Below, in pieces: positions 30,593-40,108 of a DNA stretch of 64,000 nucleotides. Positions within the stretch are counted from its first letter, which is position 1, and each line of letters starts with the position of its first letter. Under the pieces are notes generated by a model, which saw nothing but the letters and a program-made list of their open reading frames with translations, was not told the origin of the DNA and did no database searches. The stretch spans positions 50,821 through 114,820 of the IMG/VR virus record IMGVR_UViG_3300029543_000174; one strand, written 5' to 3'. This DNA is from a virus. Taxonomy: Duplodnaviria > Heunggongvirae > Uroviricota > Caudoviricetes. A program made the position numbers and the translations under genes.

Positions 30593-30604
30593 TTTGTAAA
30601 CAAT

Positions 30605-30672
30605 TTGTGAAGATTTAAGAATATTTCAAATTTTTCCGAAATATTTGCGATTTATATAGTGAAGGCTCAAAA
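30605..30672 (+). promoter_or_regulatory. copy of recurrent promoter-like motif
   Basis: TTGTGA-N17-AAATTTTTCCGAAATATTTGCGATTTATATAGTG. Confidence 0.5.
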
Positions 30673-30710
30673 AAATGGGTCAAAGTTTCATATTATAGGA
30701 GGAATTTTTT

Positions 30711-31025
30711 ATGGAAACTACAATCTTAGAAATCAAAAGAAACAAAGAAACAAATCAAATTACTGACAAAATTGAAATTCGTAATTCTTTCACATTTGGC
30801 ATTCAAGAAATTACATATTTCACAACAAACAAATCAAAGTTTAGAAAAGCTTTGATTATACTTAATGAAATGGCATTGCCTAACTTGATTTGTAAAGAAC
30901 TAAGAACAACTGAAGGATATACAATTATGTGTTATTCAAATGATACAGATATTGAAAAGACTGTGCATTGCGTTTTTTCTGATTGCCTTCAAGGTAAAAA
31001 AGTTAAGATTATTAAAATAGGTTAA
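30711..31025 (+). CDS. hypothetical protein
   Basis: TAGGAGG RBS. Confidence 0.45.
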   Translation: METTILEIKRNKETNQITDKIEIRNSFTFGIQEITYFTTNKSKFRKALIILNEMALPNLICKELRTTEGYTIMCYSNDTDIEKTVHCVFSDCLQGKKVKIIKIG

Positions 31026-31041
31026 AAAAGGAGAAAAAAAT

Positions 31042-31638
31042 ATGAACACATTTTTAATTGGAATAGGAATAGCAATTTCTATTATTATTGGCGTTTTGGC
31101 AATTATTTTTATCATTAGTCAAACGATTGAAAATTATGAATACAACGACTTTGGTACGTATTTATTAGATGGAATGATAATTATATTCATTATTTCTGCG
31201 GTTATTGTGGGTTGTTTAGGCATTTATGAATTAAAAGATGATAATAAAGCTGAAATTACTCCATATTATTCACAAGGTCATATTGTCGGTGGGAAATTTG
31301 TTAGTTCTAATGAATTATTACCGTTTGAGGACGGTTCGTATGTAAAAAAATCAGAAGTTAATGATTTTTCTGAAAATTCTGATACATATTACATTCGTAT
31401 TTATATCAATGACAGTGGTGATTTCGTTGAGCAAACAATAGAAGGTGAACTTACTTATTCTTATACAACGGATAAGCCACATATTGAAAAGTATTTGTCT
31501 AAAGAAAAAACAATTATAAGTGATGAAGAATATTCGTATAAGATTTATATTCCCAAAACTGAAAAATCAACAGAAACAACTCAGAGTACCACTAATACTG
31601 AAACAACTACTGATAATGCAGTAGAAAATAATAATTAA
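31042..31638 (+). CDS. membrane protein
   Basis: AAGGAG RBS. Two TM segments. Confidence 0.45.
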   Translation: MNTFLIGIGIAISIIIGVLAIIFIISQTIENYEYNDFGTYLLDGMIIIFIISAVIVGCLGIYELKDDNKAEITPYYSQGHIVGGKFVSSNELLPFEDGSYVKKSEVNDFSENSDTYYIRIYINDSGDFVEQTIEGELTYSYTTDKPHIEKYLSKEKTIISDEEYSYKIYIPKTEKSTETTQSTTNTETTTDNAVENNN

Positions 31639-31655
31639 AAAAGAAAGGAAAAATT

Positions 31656-32567
31656 ATGAGAAAGATAGAACAAAACAAATATTATAACAATTTTGATGAG
31701 GACAATGATGAGATGTATGTTGTACATAACAACGGAAGTTTTACAAAAAAATGGATAATCATCGGAGTTATTGCGTTTCTTTTTGTTGTTTTAATCGGAA
31801 CAAGTATGACACAAGTAAGAGCCGGTCATACAGGTGTTGTATCAACATTTGGTAAAATTAGTTCAAATGTATTGCAGGAAGGTTTACACTTTAAAGCGCC
31901 TTGGCAAAAGGTAACTAAGGTTGATAACCGTATTGTTAAACTTGAAATTGAAACAGAATCATCTACAAAGGATTTGCAGACTGTATCGGCAAAGTTAGCA
32001 ACAAGTTATCGTATTAATACCAATATGTCATATTCGATTATTAAAAATGTCGGTAAGAACTATGAAGATGTTTTGGTAACACCGGCAGTAAATGAGGTCC
32101 TTAAAGCCGTAACAGCTAAATATACAGCAGAAGAATGTATTTCATCAAGAAGTAACGTATCAAAAGAACTTGTAGATGAAATTAATAAAAAACTTAACGC
32201 TCAAGGTATTTATGTAAATGATGTAAATATTATTAATTTTGATTTCTCTGAGGCATATAATAAGGCAATTGAGGACAAGCAGGTTGCAGAGCAGAAATTA
32301 AAGAAAGCTGAAACAGATAAGCAGTCGGCAGTTGTAAAAGCACAGGCTGAGGCTGAAAAGAAAAAAATTGCTGCTGAGGCAGAAGCCGCGGCTACAAAGG
32401 TTAAAGCAGATGCACAAGCTGAGGCAAACGAAAAACTTAACAAATCAATTAATAAAAGCCTTATTGATTATGAAATTGCTAATAAGTGGAACGGTGAACT
32501 TCCTAAAGTATCAGGTTCAAATGGTACACTTATTAATTCAGACAGCTTGTTAAACGGCAAAAACTAA
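31656..32567 (+). CDS. SPFH/band-7 (stomatin/prohibitin/HflK-like) protein
   Basis: N-terminal TM, then GHTGVVSTFGKIS...GLHFKAPWQKV and an Ala/Glu/Lys-rich coiled-coil tail. Typical SPFH architecture. Confidence 0.7.
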   Translation: MRKIEQNKYYNNFDEDNDEMYVVHNNGSFTKKWIIIGVIAFLFVVLIGTSMTQVRAGHTGVVSTFGKISSNVLQEGLHFKAPWQKVTKVDNRIVKLEIETESSTKDLQTVSAKLATSYRINTNMSYSIIKNVGKNYEDVLVTPAVNEVLKAVTAKYTAEECISSRSNVSKELVDEINKKLNAQGIYVNDVNIINFDFSEAYNKAIEDKQVAEQKLKKAETDKQSAVVKAQAEAEKKKIAAEAEAAATKVKADAQAEANEKLNKSINKSLIDYEIANKWNGELPKVSGSNGTLINSDSLLNGKN

Positions 32568-32616
32568 CAAAAAAACAGCCAAGATATTATTTTTCTTGGC
32601 TGTACGAGGATTTTTT

Positions 32617-33297
32617 ATGTCAAACGATATGTATAAAAATAATTTAAAAAATTGGGTTGATAATTTTGACGAACAAACAAAGATTGAATCAGGCAAAGCT
32701 TTTAATACTTATTATAAGATGAAATCACAAAATGTTATTTATCCAAACAGTGCTGATATTTATAACGCTTTTATGAAAACTTCTTATGATGATGTTAAGG
32801 TTGTAATTTTAGGTCAAGACCCATATCACGAAGAAGGACAGGCAAACGGTTTGGCTTTTTCCGTCAACAACGGTGTGAAAATTCCACCTTCATTAAAGAA
32901 TATTTTTAAAGAACTTCAAGATGATATTGGCGGTGAACTTCGTACTAATACTGATTTGACCGATTGGGCTAAGCAGGGTGTATTTCTTTTGAACTCGTCT
33001 TTAACTGTTATAGAGGGTAGACCTAACTCAATGGCTGATATTTGGAATACTTTTACCGACAGTATCATTAAACTACTGAACAATAAGGAAAAGCCTATTG
33101 TATTTGTTCTTTGGGGCAAAAATGCAAGAGATAAGAAAAAGTTAATTGATACAAATAAACATTTTATTATTGAATCTGCACATCCAAGTCCATTATCGGC
33201 ATACAGAGGTTTCTTTGGTTCAAAGCCGTTTTCAAAAGTAAATGAATATCTTATTTCTACCGGTCAAGTACCGATTGATTGGGTAGGTGAATGCTAA
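32617..33297 (+). CDS. ung: uracil-DNA glycosylase, family 1
   Basis: GQDPYH, LLLNSSLTV and HPSPLSA motifs. ATG start at 32617; the listed 32596 is a TTG. Confidence 0.8.
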   Translation: MSNDMYKNNLKNWVDNFDEQTKIESGKAFNTYYKMKSQNVIYPNSADIYNAFMKTSYDDVKVVILGQDPYHEEGQANGLAFSVNNGVKIPPSLKNIFKELQDDIGGELRTNTDLTDWAKQGVFLLNSSLTVIEGRPNSMADIWNTFTDSIIKLLNNKEKPIVFVLWGKNARDKKKLIDTNKHFIIESAHPSPLSAYRGFFGSKPFSKVNEYLISTGQVPIDWVGEC

Positions 33298-33967
33298 AAT
33301 GGATTTGCGTTTACAATTGTTCATTTTGGGTATTGGTATTGGCTTGTTACTAAATTTTAGTATTAAGAGCCTTTATAATTTGCTGAAATATAAGCCTGAA
33401 AATAATAAGAAAGCAAGTGCAAAAATCATTGATAGTTCATACGACTATGTTTACATACACGAAGCAGGGCATGCGTTTCTTGCACACATGTTTTGCAATG
33501 AATATTTCGTTGAGGCTGATATATCTAAAGATAAAAGTCCTTGTGTTACAACATATAGCAAAGAAATTTGTACAAAAGATGATGTTAAAAATCTAATTCT
33601 TATATGTTATGCAGGGGCGGCGGCAGAAGAAGTTATTTTAGGTGAATTTAGTGCCGGTTCTATAATCAGTAACAAATATAATGATAGTGATTTTGTAAAG
33701 TGTGTTGATTTCTTAAAAGCATATATTCTTTTAGAAGAAAATAATTCTTCACACCCTAAAGAATCAAGACACAGTAAAACAATGCTTGACAGTGATTTTA
33801 ACGATTTAATAGTTGAAAAAAGCAAGCTATTTTATAATGAAACACTTAAAATCATTGAACAGAACAAAAAAGTGATTATAGAATTTGCTAATTTGATTAA
33901 AAAGAAAAGACAATTGTCAAAGGATGAAATTGATGAATTTCTTATCAAAAAGGATTTGAACTTATGA
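33287..33967 (+). CDS. HExxH zinc-metalloprotease-like membrane protein (FtsH/ImmA-like motif HEAGHA)
   Basis: N-terminal TM, then YIHEAGHAFLAH. Confidence 0.4.
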   Translation: MNAKMDLRLQLFILGIGIGLLLNFSIKSLYNLLKYKPENNKKASAKIIDSSYDYVYIHEAGHAFLAHMFCNEYFVEADISKDKSPCVTTYSKEICTKDDVKNLILICYAGAAAEEVILGEFSAGSIISNKYNDSDFVKCVDFLKAYILLEENNSSHPKESRHSKTMLDSDFNDLIVEKSKLFYNETLKIIEQNKKVIIEFANLIKKKRQLSKDEIDEFLIKKDLNL

Positions 33968-34126
33968 TATATTTTGTGATTATAATTTTTGTAATCGTAG
34001 TTGTTTGTTCAGCATGGTTTTTGATTGAAGATTATAAACTAACTAAAGAATTTAACAATGAAATACAAAAATTAAGTGATAATTTAGATTCTGTTATAGA
34101 AAAATTAACTAAAGGAGAAAATAATT

Positions 34127-34912
34127 ATGAAGAATAACACATACAATTTTGAGAAAAAACAATCTGTTTTTGGATTGTTGAAAATGATAATTAGCATATA
34201 TAAGGTATTTGATGCCGGAATGATTATCATAAGTTTTGCTTTATCTGTACTGTTTAATATATTCCTTAATAATCAATACTTTAAGGAAAGTGAGACTTGG
34301 ACTAATACATTAAAATATGAACGACTATTTACTAACATTATATATTCTTTTATATTTGTAGTAAGTTTTTTCATTATCTTATTTGCTTTGTCTTGGATTG
34401 TAAGAGGCATTACATACGGCTGCGCAAAAATTAAGTCATTCTTAAAAATGAGATACTTACCATTATCAAGTAAGGAAATCGAAGAAACTCTTGGTGAAAA
34501 ATCTAAATATTATGACTATATTAATTTTATCAATGATTTTCTTAAGGTGAAATTATTCTATTTTGACTCATCTGTAATCTCTACTTTTACTTTTATAAAT
34601 GAATGGAGCAAAAAATATTGTATAATTAAAATCCCAAGTGAATTATTTGATCAAATTGCGGAAAGTGCAGTTAAATATTACAATTGTACTAAAGACGAAT
34701 TTATTGATTCTTTTGAATATGAGAAAGCAAAATATGAGATGATAGATGATAGTAAGGACCTTTATATTGGCAAAATTTCTTTTGCAAAAAACGGCGAAAC
34801 AATAACCCTTATCGAGTATAATAGCTGTAATGATATTAAAGTGAAATTTAAGGATGGAACTATTGTTAGCACAACATATTATAACTTTATTACTGGAAAT
34901 ATTGACAAATAA
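34127..34912 (+). CDS. membrane protein with C-terminal 48-aa repeat-family module
   Basis: Three TM segments. The C-terminus GETITLIEYNSCNDIKVKFKDGTIVSTTYYNFITGNI matches the repeat unit of 37664..38425. Confidence 0.45.
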   Translation: MKNNTYNFEKKQSVFGLLKMIISIYKVFDAGMIIISFALSVLFNIFLNNQYFKESETWTNTLKYERLFTNIIYSFIFVVSFFIILFALSWIVRGITYGCAKIKSFLKMRYLPLSSKEIEETLGEKSKYYDYINFINDFLKVKLFYFDSSVISTFTFINEWSKKYCIIKIPSELFDQIAESAVKYYNCTKDEFIDSFEYEKAKYEMIDDSKDLYIGKISFAKNGETITLIEYNSCNDIKVKFKDGTIVSTTYYNFITGNIDK

Positions 34913-34926
34913 TACAGGAGAAAAAT

Positions 34927-35688
34927 ATGATTTATGTAACAGGTGATTGTCACGGCGATTGGAGAAGATTTCAACCAAACTGTTTTCCAGAACAGAAAAA
35001 TATGAACCGTGACGATTACGTAATTGTGTGCGGCGATTTTGGTATATGGCATGATACATATGGCAAAGAAACAGAAGAACTTAACAAACTTACAAAGTTG
35101 CCATTCACTATTCTTTTTGTGGATGGCAACCACGAAAATTATGACCGTCTTGAAAGTGAATTCCCTGAAGTCAATTTTCATGGCGGTAAAGCACATAAGA
35201 TAAGAGAAAATGTATATCATCTTGAAAGAGGATATGTGTTTGAATTACAAGGAAAAAAATTCTTCTGTTTTGGTGGTGCTTCTTCACACGATATAAGCGA
35301 TGGTATTCTTGACCCAAATGATTATAAATCAGAAAAGAATTTCGTTAAGGTATATAACGAATATAATTTATCCGGTAAAATGTTTAGGGTAAAAAATATA
35401 TCTTGGTGGAAAAGAGAATTACCAAATGAAGAAGAAATGCAACGAGGGTTAGATAATCTGAAAGAAAATAACAATAAGGTCGATTTCATAATATCTCATT
35501 GTGCTCCAGAATCTATTGCAGATATTATAGGCTGTGGACTGTATCAAGAAGATATACTTACAGATTATTTTGAAAAAATCAAAAATACGGTCCATTTTAC
35601 AAAATGGATATTTGGTCACTACCATGATGATATTAAATTTTTAGATGATTATATCTTATTGTATTATCAATTTGTGAGAATTGTATGA
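34927..35688 (+). CDS. calcineurin-like metallophosphoesterase
   Basis: GDCHGD, CGDFG, DGNHEN, ISHCAP and GHYHDD motifs. Confidence 0.7.
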   Translation: MIYVTGDCHGDWRRFQPNCFPEQKNMNRDDYVIVCGDFGIWHDTYGKETEELNKLTKLPFTILFVDGNHENYDRLESEFPEVNFHGGKAHKIRENVYHLERGYVFELQGKKFFCFGGASSHDISDGILDPNDYKSEKNFVKVYNEYNLSGKMFRVKNISWWKRELPNEEEMQRGLDNLKENNNKVDFIISHCAPESIADIIGCGLYQEDILTDYFEKIKNTVHFTKWIFGHYHDDIKFLDDYILLYYQFVRIV

Positions 35689-35902
35689 CGGAAAGAAGGT
35701 GGATATATTGACGATTGTTCACTACAAAGGTTATTCAGGAGAAATTCATTTTTCTAAAGAAGATAATCTGTTTGTAGGTCAAATAATTAATATTGTCGAT
35801 TCAATCAATTTCCACGGAAAAACAATCGAAGAATGCATTGAGTATTTCCACAAATCTGTTGATGAGTATATATTAATTCAGAAAGATTGTGCACAACGGT
35901 AA
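35681..35902 (+). CDS. HicB-family antitoxin-like protein (orphan)
   Basis: YKGYSGEIHFSKEDNLFVGQII...GKTIEECIEYFHKSVDEY resembles the HicB/UPF0150 N-terminal domain. TTG start. No HicA partner is seen. Confidence 0.4.
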   Translation: MYDGKKVDILTIVHYKGYSGEIHFSKEDNLFVGQIINIVDSINFHGKTIEECIEYFHKSVDEYILIQKDCAQR

Positions 35903-35968
35903 AAACAAATATTTACTTTTTTATAAAAACAGTGTAATATAAACACAAGAAAATATAAGAGGAAAATT

Positions 35969-36292
35969 ATGGAACAGAAAAACATCAAAGAAAAATTACA
36001 TAATCATATTAAGCCATTAGGCACCGGTGATTTGTATTTTTTGTATTATAAAATATATGGGCTTAGTGAGGTATCAACTACAGCGTTTCTTAATGACATA
36101 TATAATCATTTTACTATTTTTGCAAAAAAATATGATTGCACTTGTAAAAAATCGAATCTTTTAAAGCCCCAAAAAAATGAAATTGGTTTTGCGGTAAAAG
36201 TAGAAGGCGCTCCTGAGAAGATTAACAAATTAGCATATGCTATTGCTGATATTTTGCAACAAAACTCAATTGAGGATTTTAGCAATGTGTAA
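35969..36292 (+). CDS. hypothetical protein
   Basis: ORF. Confidence 0.4.
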   Translation: MEQKNIKEKLHNHIKPLGTGDLYFLYYKIYGLSEVSTTAFLNDIYNHFTIFAKKYDCTCKKSNLLKPQKNEIGFAVKVEGAPEKINKLAYAIADILQQNSIEDFSNV

Positions 36293-37244
36293 AAAATTAA
36301 CATTCAAAATACTTGTGATTTTAACTTCATTCCTGCTGCTGTTTGGTTGTTCAGCTAATGTAGTTAATAATACAACACAGCAAAGTATATCTAATACTGT
36401 ATCAACTACAAACAGTCAAAAAAGTAGCAAAAATAACATTACAAGTAGCACGACAACAGAACAGACTTTTGATATTTCTTCGATACCTGAATACAATGGT
36501 TCACCTTATGTTGAAATTAACGATAACGTACCACAATTCACAAAGAGTGAGATTACTACATCATCATTTGAGATATATGGTGGTTTAGACGGTCTTGGAC
36601 GGTGTACAACGGCTTTTTCTTGTATAGGTAAAGACTTAATGCCAACAGAAAAAAGAGGGGAGATAGGCTCAGTAAAACCGACAGGCTGGCATCTTGCTAA
36701 ATATGATTTTATTGACGGCAAATATCTTTACAACAGGTGTCATTTGATAGGTTATCAACTTACAGGTGAGAATGCTAATGAAAAGAATCTGATTACAGGC
36801 ACGAGATACCTTAATATTCAAGGTATGCTGCCTTTTGAGAACGAAGTAGCTGAATATATTAAAAACACAAACAACCATGTTATGTACCGTGTAACACCTA
36901 TATTTGAGGAAGATAATCTTCTTGCCGATGGTGTGCAAATGGAAGGATATTCAGTTGAAGATAATGGCAGAAGTATTTCATTCAATGTATTCTGTTACAA
37001 TGTTCAACCCGGCGTGAATATTAATTATGCAACCGGCGATAACTCTACATCAGGAGAATATACAACAACAACTGATGAAGATATAACGGACACATATATT
37101 GTAAATCTCAATACAAAAAAATTCCACAAACCAAGTTGTAGTTCAATATCTCAAATGAGTAAGAAAAATAAAAAACAATACAAAGGAAAAAGAAGCAGTT
37201 TGATTAACAATGGTTACGAGCCTTGTAAAAACTGCAATCCGTAA
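36285..37244 (+). CDS. lipoprotein, EndA/NucA-like secreted DNA nuclease
   Basis: Lipoprotein signal MCKKLTFKILVILTSFLLLFGC. NRCHLIGYQLTGENANEKNLITG resembles the DRGH-type DNA-entry nuclease core. Cys-rich C-terminus. Confidence 0.5.
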   Translation: MCKKLTFKILVILTSFLLLFGCSANVVNNTTQQSISNTVSTTNSQKSSKNNITSSTTTEQTFDISSIPEYNGSPYVEINDNVPQFTKSEITTSSFEIYGGLDGLGRCTTAFSCIGKDLMPTEKRGEIGSVKPTGWHLAKYDFIDGKYLYNRCHLIGYQLTGENANEKNLITGTRYLNIQGMLPFENEVAEYIKNTNNHVMYRVTPIFEEDNLLADGVQMEGYSVEDNGRSISFNVFCYNVQPGVNINYATGDNSTSGEYTTTTDEDITDTYIVNLNTKKFHKPSCSSISQMSKKNKKQYKGKRSSLINNGYEPCKNCNP

Positions 37245-37247
37245 GAT

Positions 37248-37487
37248 ATGACAAATTATACATCATCTAATAAAACAAAAAGTACAGAATATACATATTT
37301 TGTTGCAACAACAGTTAATAGTAAGGATAATTCTACAAGCAAACAGTTATTCAGAGAACACTTTGCTACTGTTGAGGTATATAATATATATAACGGTCAT
37401 TTTGTAGAAAATACTAATTATGTTCCTATTAGAACACATTTCATTTCTTCTTCATTTGATTCTGCTTTATCATATCACTTACGGTAA
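37248..37487 (+). CDS. hypothetical protein (no RBS)
   Basis: ORF only. Confidence 0.25.
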   Translation: MTNYTSSNKTKSTEYTYFVATTVNSKDNSTSKQLFREHFATVEVYNIYNGHFVENTNYVPIRTHFISSSFDSALSYHLR

Positions 37488-37492
37488 ATTAC

Positions 37493-37521
37493 CACACACC
37501 TAAAGGAATGTGGTTTTACGA
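37493..37521 (+). repeat. conserved box CCACACACC-TAAAGGAATGTGGTTTTACG (copy 3, 1-nt deletion)
   Basis: Near-identical to copies at 18819 and 21758. Confidence 0.55.
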
Positions 37522-37591
37522 ATAGATATTTATATTTTTTTAGAGTAACCTTTATGGTTGCTCTTTTTTTATGCCTTTTTTTGTTAATAAT

Positions 37592-37648
37592 TTGCGAATT
37601 ATGAGAAGAATTTCAAATTTTTCTGAAATATTTGCGATTTATATATTG
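37592..37648 (+). promoter_or_regulatory. copy of recurrent promoter-like motif
   Basis: TTGCGA-N17-AAATTTTTCTGAAATATTTGCGATTTATATATTG, immediately followed by AAGGAG and an ATG. Confidence 0.5.
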
Positions 37649-37663
37649 AAAGGAGCGTTTATA

Positions 37664-38425
37664 ATGCCTTATCCAAATAGACTTTATGAAACAAATATTT
37701 CTAATCGAGGTCAAAAAATGAGAATTGTTGCATATCGAAGTGCAACTGATATTGACGTAGAATTTGAAGATGGTACTGTTGTTGAACATCGAACATACAG
37801 AAGATTTAAAGAAGGCCATATTTCTAACCCTAATTATAGCGACTACGACAAGGTGGGAGAGGAAAATATATCAAATTACGGTCAGAAAATGAAAGTAATT
37901 GCCTGCCATAATCTTAACAACATTGATATTCAATTTGAGGACGGCACTATAGTTACCGGAAGAAGATATTCTTCATTTAAAAAAGGAAGCATTTTTAATC
38001 CAAATTTGAAAAGATTATATTTGAATCAAAGCCAAAAAGCAAATAACGGTCAGTTGATGAAAATAATTGAATACAAAAATGCTAATGATATTGTCGTTGA
38101 GTTTGAAGATGGCACTATAACAAAAACATCATATCGTGCTTTTAGGAAAGGCAGTGTTGCAAATCCTAATGTTAAAACAAAATATAATAGAAGCTTTTGG
38201 AACAATATGGCAAAAAGCAGAATCGGCGAAACAAACATTGCTTCTTGTGGTATGGAAATGACAATTGTTGAATATAACGGAGCAAATGATATTATCGTTG
38301 AATTTAAAGACGGCGCAAGAACTCATACCACATACAGTAATTTTAAAAACGGTATAGTAAAAAATGAGAATATCAGTAAAACTAATTATGCAAAAAAAAG
38401 ATATTCTTCTTGCTTTATAAAATAA
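37664..38425 (+). CDS. tandem-repeat protein (four ~48-aa repeats)
   Basis: The unit NISNxGQKMxIVxYxxxxDIxVEFEDGTxVxxxxYxxFKKGxIxNPN repeats four times. ATG with an AAGGAG RBS; the listed 37571 start is inside the promoter motif. Confidence 0.5.
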   Translation: MPYPNRLYETNISNRGQKMRIVAYRSATDIDVEFEDGTVVEHRTYRRFKEGHISNPNYSDYDKVGEENISNYGQKMKVIACHNLNNIDIQFEDGTIVTGRRYSSFKKGSIFNPNLKRLYLNQSQKANNGQLMKIIEYKNANDIVVEFEDGTITKTSYRAFRKGSVANPNVKTKYNRSFWNNMAKSRIGETNIASCGMEMTIVEYNGANDIIVEFKDGARTHTTYSNFKNGIVKNENISKTNYAKKRYSSCFIK

Positions 38426-38444
38426 TAGAAAGGAGTTTTGTTTT

Positions 38445-39560
38445 TTGAAAAAAATATTATCAATTATTATATCAATCATGTGTTTTACAGCTTTATGTAC
38501 CATTGCTGCTGTATCTTATGCAGATGAAATAGAGCCGTTGTTGAATATTACAAATTATTCAAGTGAAAGCAAAGAAAATCAAAATTTATCACCAACCTCA
38601 AATGATTATTCATTACAATGTTATTATTTAAACAACAGTATTAAAGTTAATGTATCGTCAATTTATGATAATCAAATATTAACTTGCAGTTTGTATGAGG
38701 ATGATTTTGATACAGATATTAATATGGATTCACTTGTAGTTAAACCGGCAATTGATAGCACACAAATAACTACAAATTGCTGTTTTGAATTTAATCTCGA
38801 TAAATTACACAGTGAATATACAGTTATTCTTACCAAGTTAATAAATAATCAGGAAACTATTGTTGCACAGTCAACTGTAAAAGTAAATATAGAAACACCT
38901 AAAATTGAAATAAAAGAAATAAGTGGTAAATCAGTAGTGCTTCAGTTCTCTAATGAAAATACCGAAGGCTATGAGTTATATAGAAATGATAAATTAGTTG
39001 CAAACTTTAATCAAAATACTTATGACGATACTGATTTACAGCCTGAAACTTCTTATACATATAAAGTAAGAAGTTACAAAAAAATTGATAATAAAAAGGT
39101 ATATTCTGACTTTTCTAAAGAAGTTGAAGTAAGAACATTAAGCCAGTATGGTTTACCTGATGTATCAGGTGAATGTAAAACTTATGCATATTACACAGCC
39201 GTAACAGCAACAGGAAGCCCACAGTATAAACTACTTAACGGACCGAATTGCTATACAGATACCAAAACAGGTATTCGTATGGTTGATGATTGTTATTGTA
39301 TTGCTCTTGGTTCGTATTATGGTTCTACAATCGGCACTAAATATAAAATAAGACTTTCATCAGGACAGTCGTTCAATGCAATTCTATGTGACCAAAAGTC
39401 TAATAGACACACAGATGACAATCATCAATACGCTGTGAAAAATAAAGATATTATTGAATTCTATGTTCAGGGAGGATATATACCTTCATCAGTAAACGGT
39501 TCATATAATACTATATTTAGTGGTTCTGTTGTAAGCATTGAGCAGTTATCAATTATGTAG
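38445..39560 (+). CDS. secreted protein with Fn3-like module
   Basis: TTG start with an AAGGAG RBS. Signal peptide. Middle module VVLQFSNENTEGYELYRNDK...SYTYKVRSYKK. Confidence 0.5.
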   Translation: MKKILSIIISIMCFTALCTIAAVSYADEIEPLLNITNYSSESKENQNLSPTSNDYSLQCYYLNNSIKVNVSSIYDNQILTCSLYEDDFDTDINMDSLVVKPAIDSTQITTNCCFEFNLDKLHSEYTVILTKLINNQETIVAQSTVKVNIETPKIEIKEISGKSVVLQFSNENTEGYELYRNDKLVANFNQNTYDDTDLQPETSYTYKVRSYKKIDNKKVYSDFSKEVEVRTLSQYGLPDVSGECKTYAYYTAVTATGSPQYKLLNGPNCYTDTKTGIRMVDDCYCIALGSYYGSTIGTKYKIRLSSGQSFNAILCDQKSNRHTDDNHQYAVKNKDIIEFYVQGGYIPSSVNGSYNTIFSGSVVSIEQLSIM

Positions 39561-39589
39561 TTTTTATTTACAAAAATATTTTAAATTTT

Positions 39590-39608
39590 CTTGCGCGATA
39601 AATATATA
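39590..39608 (+). promoter_or_regulatory. short-form promoter-like core TTGCGCGATAAATATATAG
   Basis: Same core as the other copies. Confidence 0.45.
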
Positions 39609-39661
39609 GAAAGACTTTTTTTAAAAACAAGTCAAATATTAAAGAAAAGGAGGAAAATTAT

Positions 39662-39997
39662 ATGGACTTAGATAATAAGGTCGGTGAAACCGTTGAAAAT
39701 GCATCTGTAGAAGCAGACGGAAAAGATGTTACTAATACATATGTCACAGAATCAGCACAATACACCGAGGAGCAAGATGCTTCAAAAGAAAAAATGGCAA
39801 ATATGGCACTTGGTTTTGGCATCGCTTCGTTGTTTATTGTTTTATTTGCTATTCCAAGTCTGATTTATGGATACGAGTATAAGAAACAATCTGCAATAAC
39901 GGAAAATGGTCTAAAAAAAGCAAAAGCCGGTATTATTATCAGCTATGTTGCCATTGGCATTGTCTTGCTCACTCAACTTGCTAAACTTTTGGTTTAA
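39662..39997 (+). CDS. small membrane protein (paralog of 44420..44860)
   Basis: Shared pattern GYEYKKQSAITENGLKKAKAGIIISYVAIG matches GYLYKNKPITSTQGRKYAKAGIICSWISFG. Confidence 0.45.
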   Translation: MDLDNKVGETVENASVEADGKDVTNTYVTESAQYTEEQDASKEKMANMALGFGIASLFIVLFAIPSLIYGYEYKKQSAITENGLKKAKAGIIISYVAIGIVLLTQLAKLLV

Positions 39998-40108
39998 ACA
40001 ACAAATACGTTTCACAATGTACGGCAAAAAAACATTGTTTAGAAAATAAGGTAAACATTATTGTTTGCCTTATTTTCATACAAAAATATTTAGAAAGGAT
40101 GATTTATA

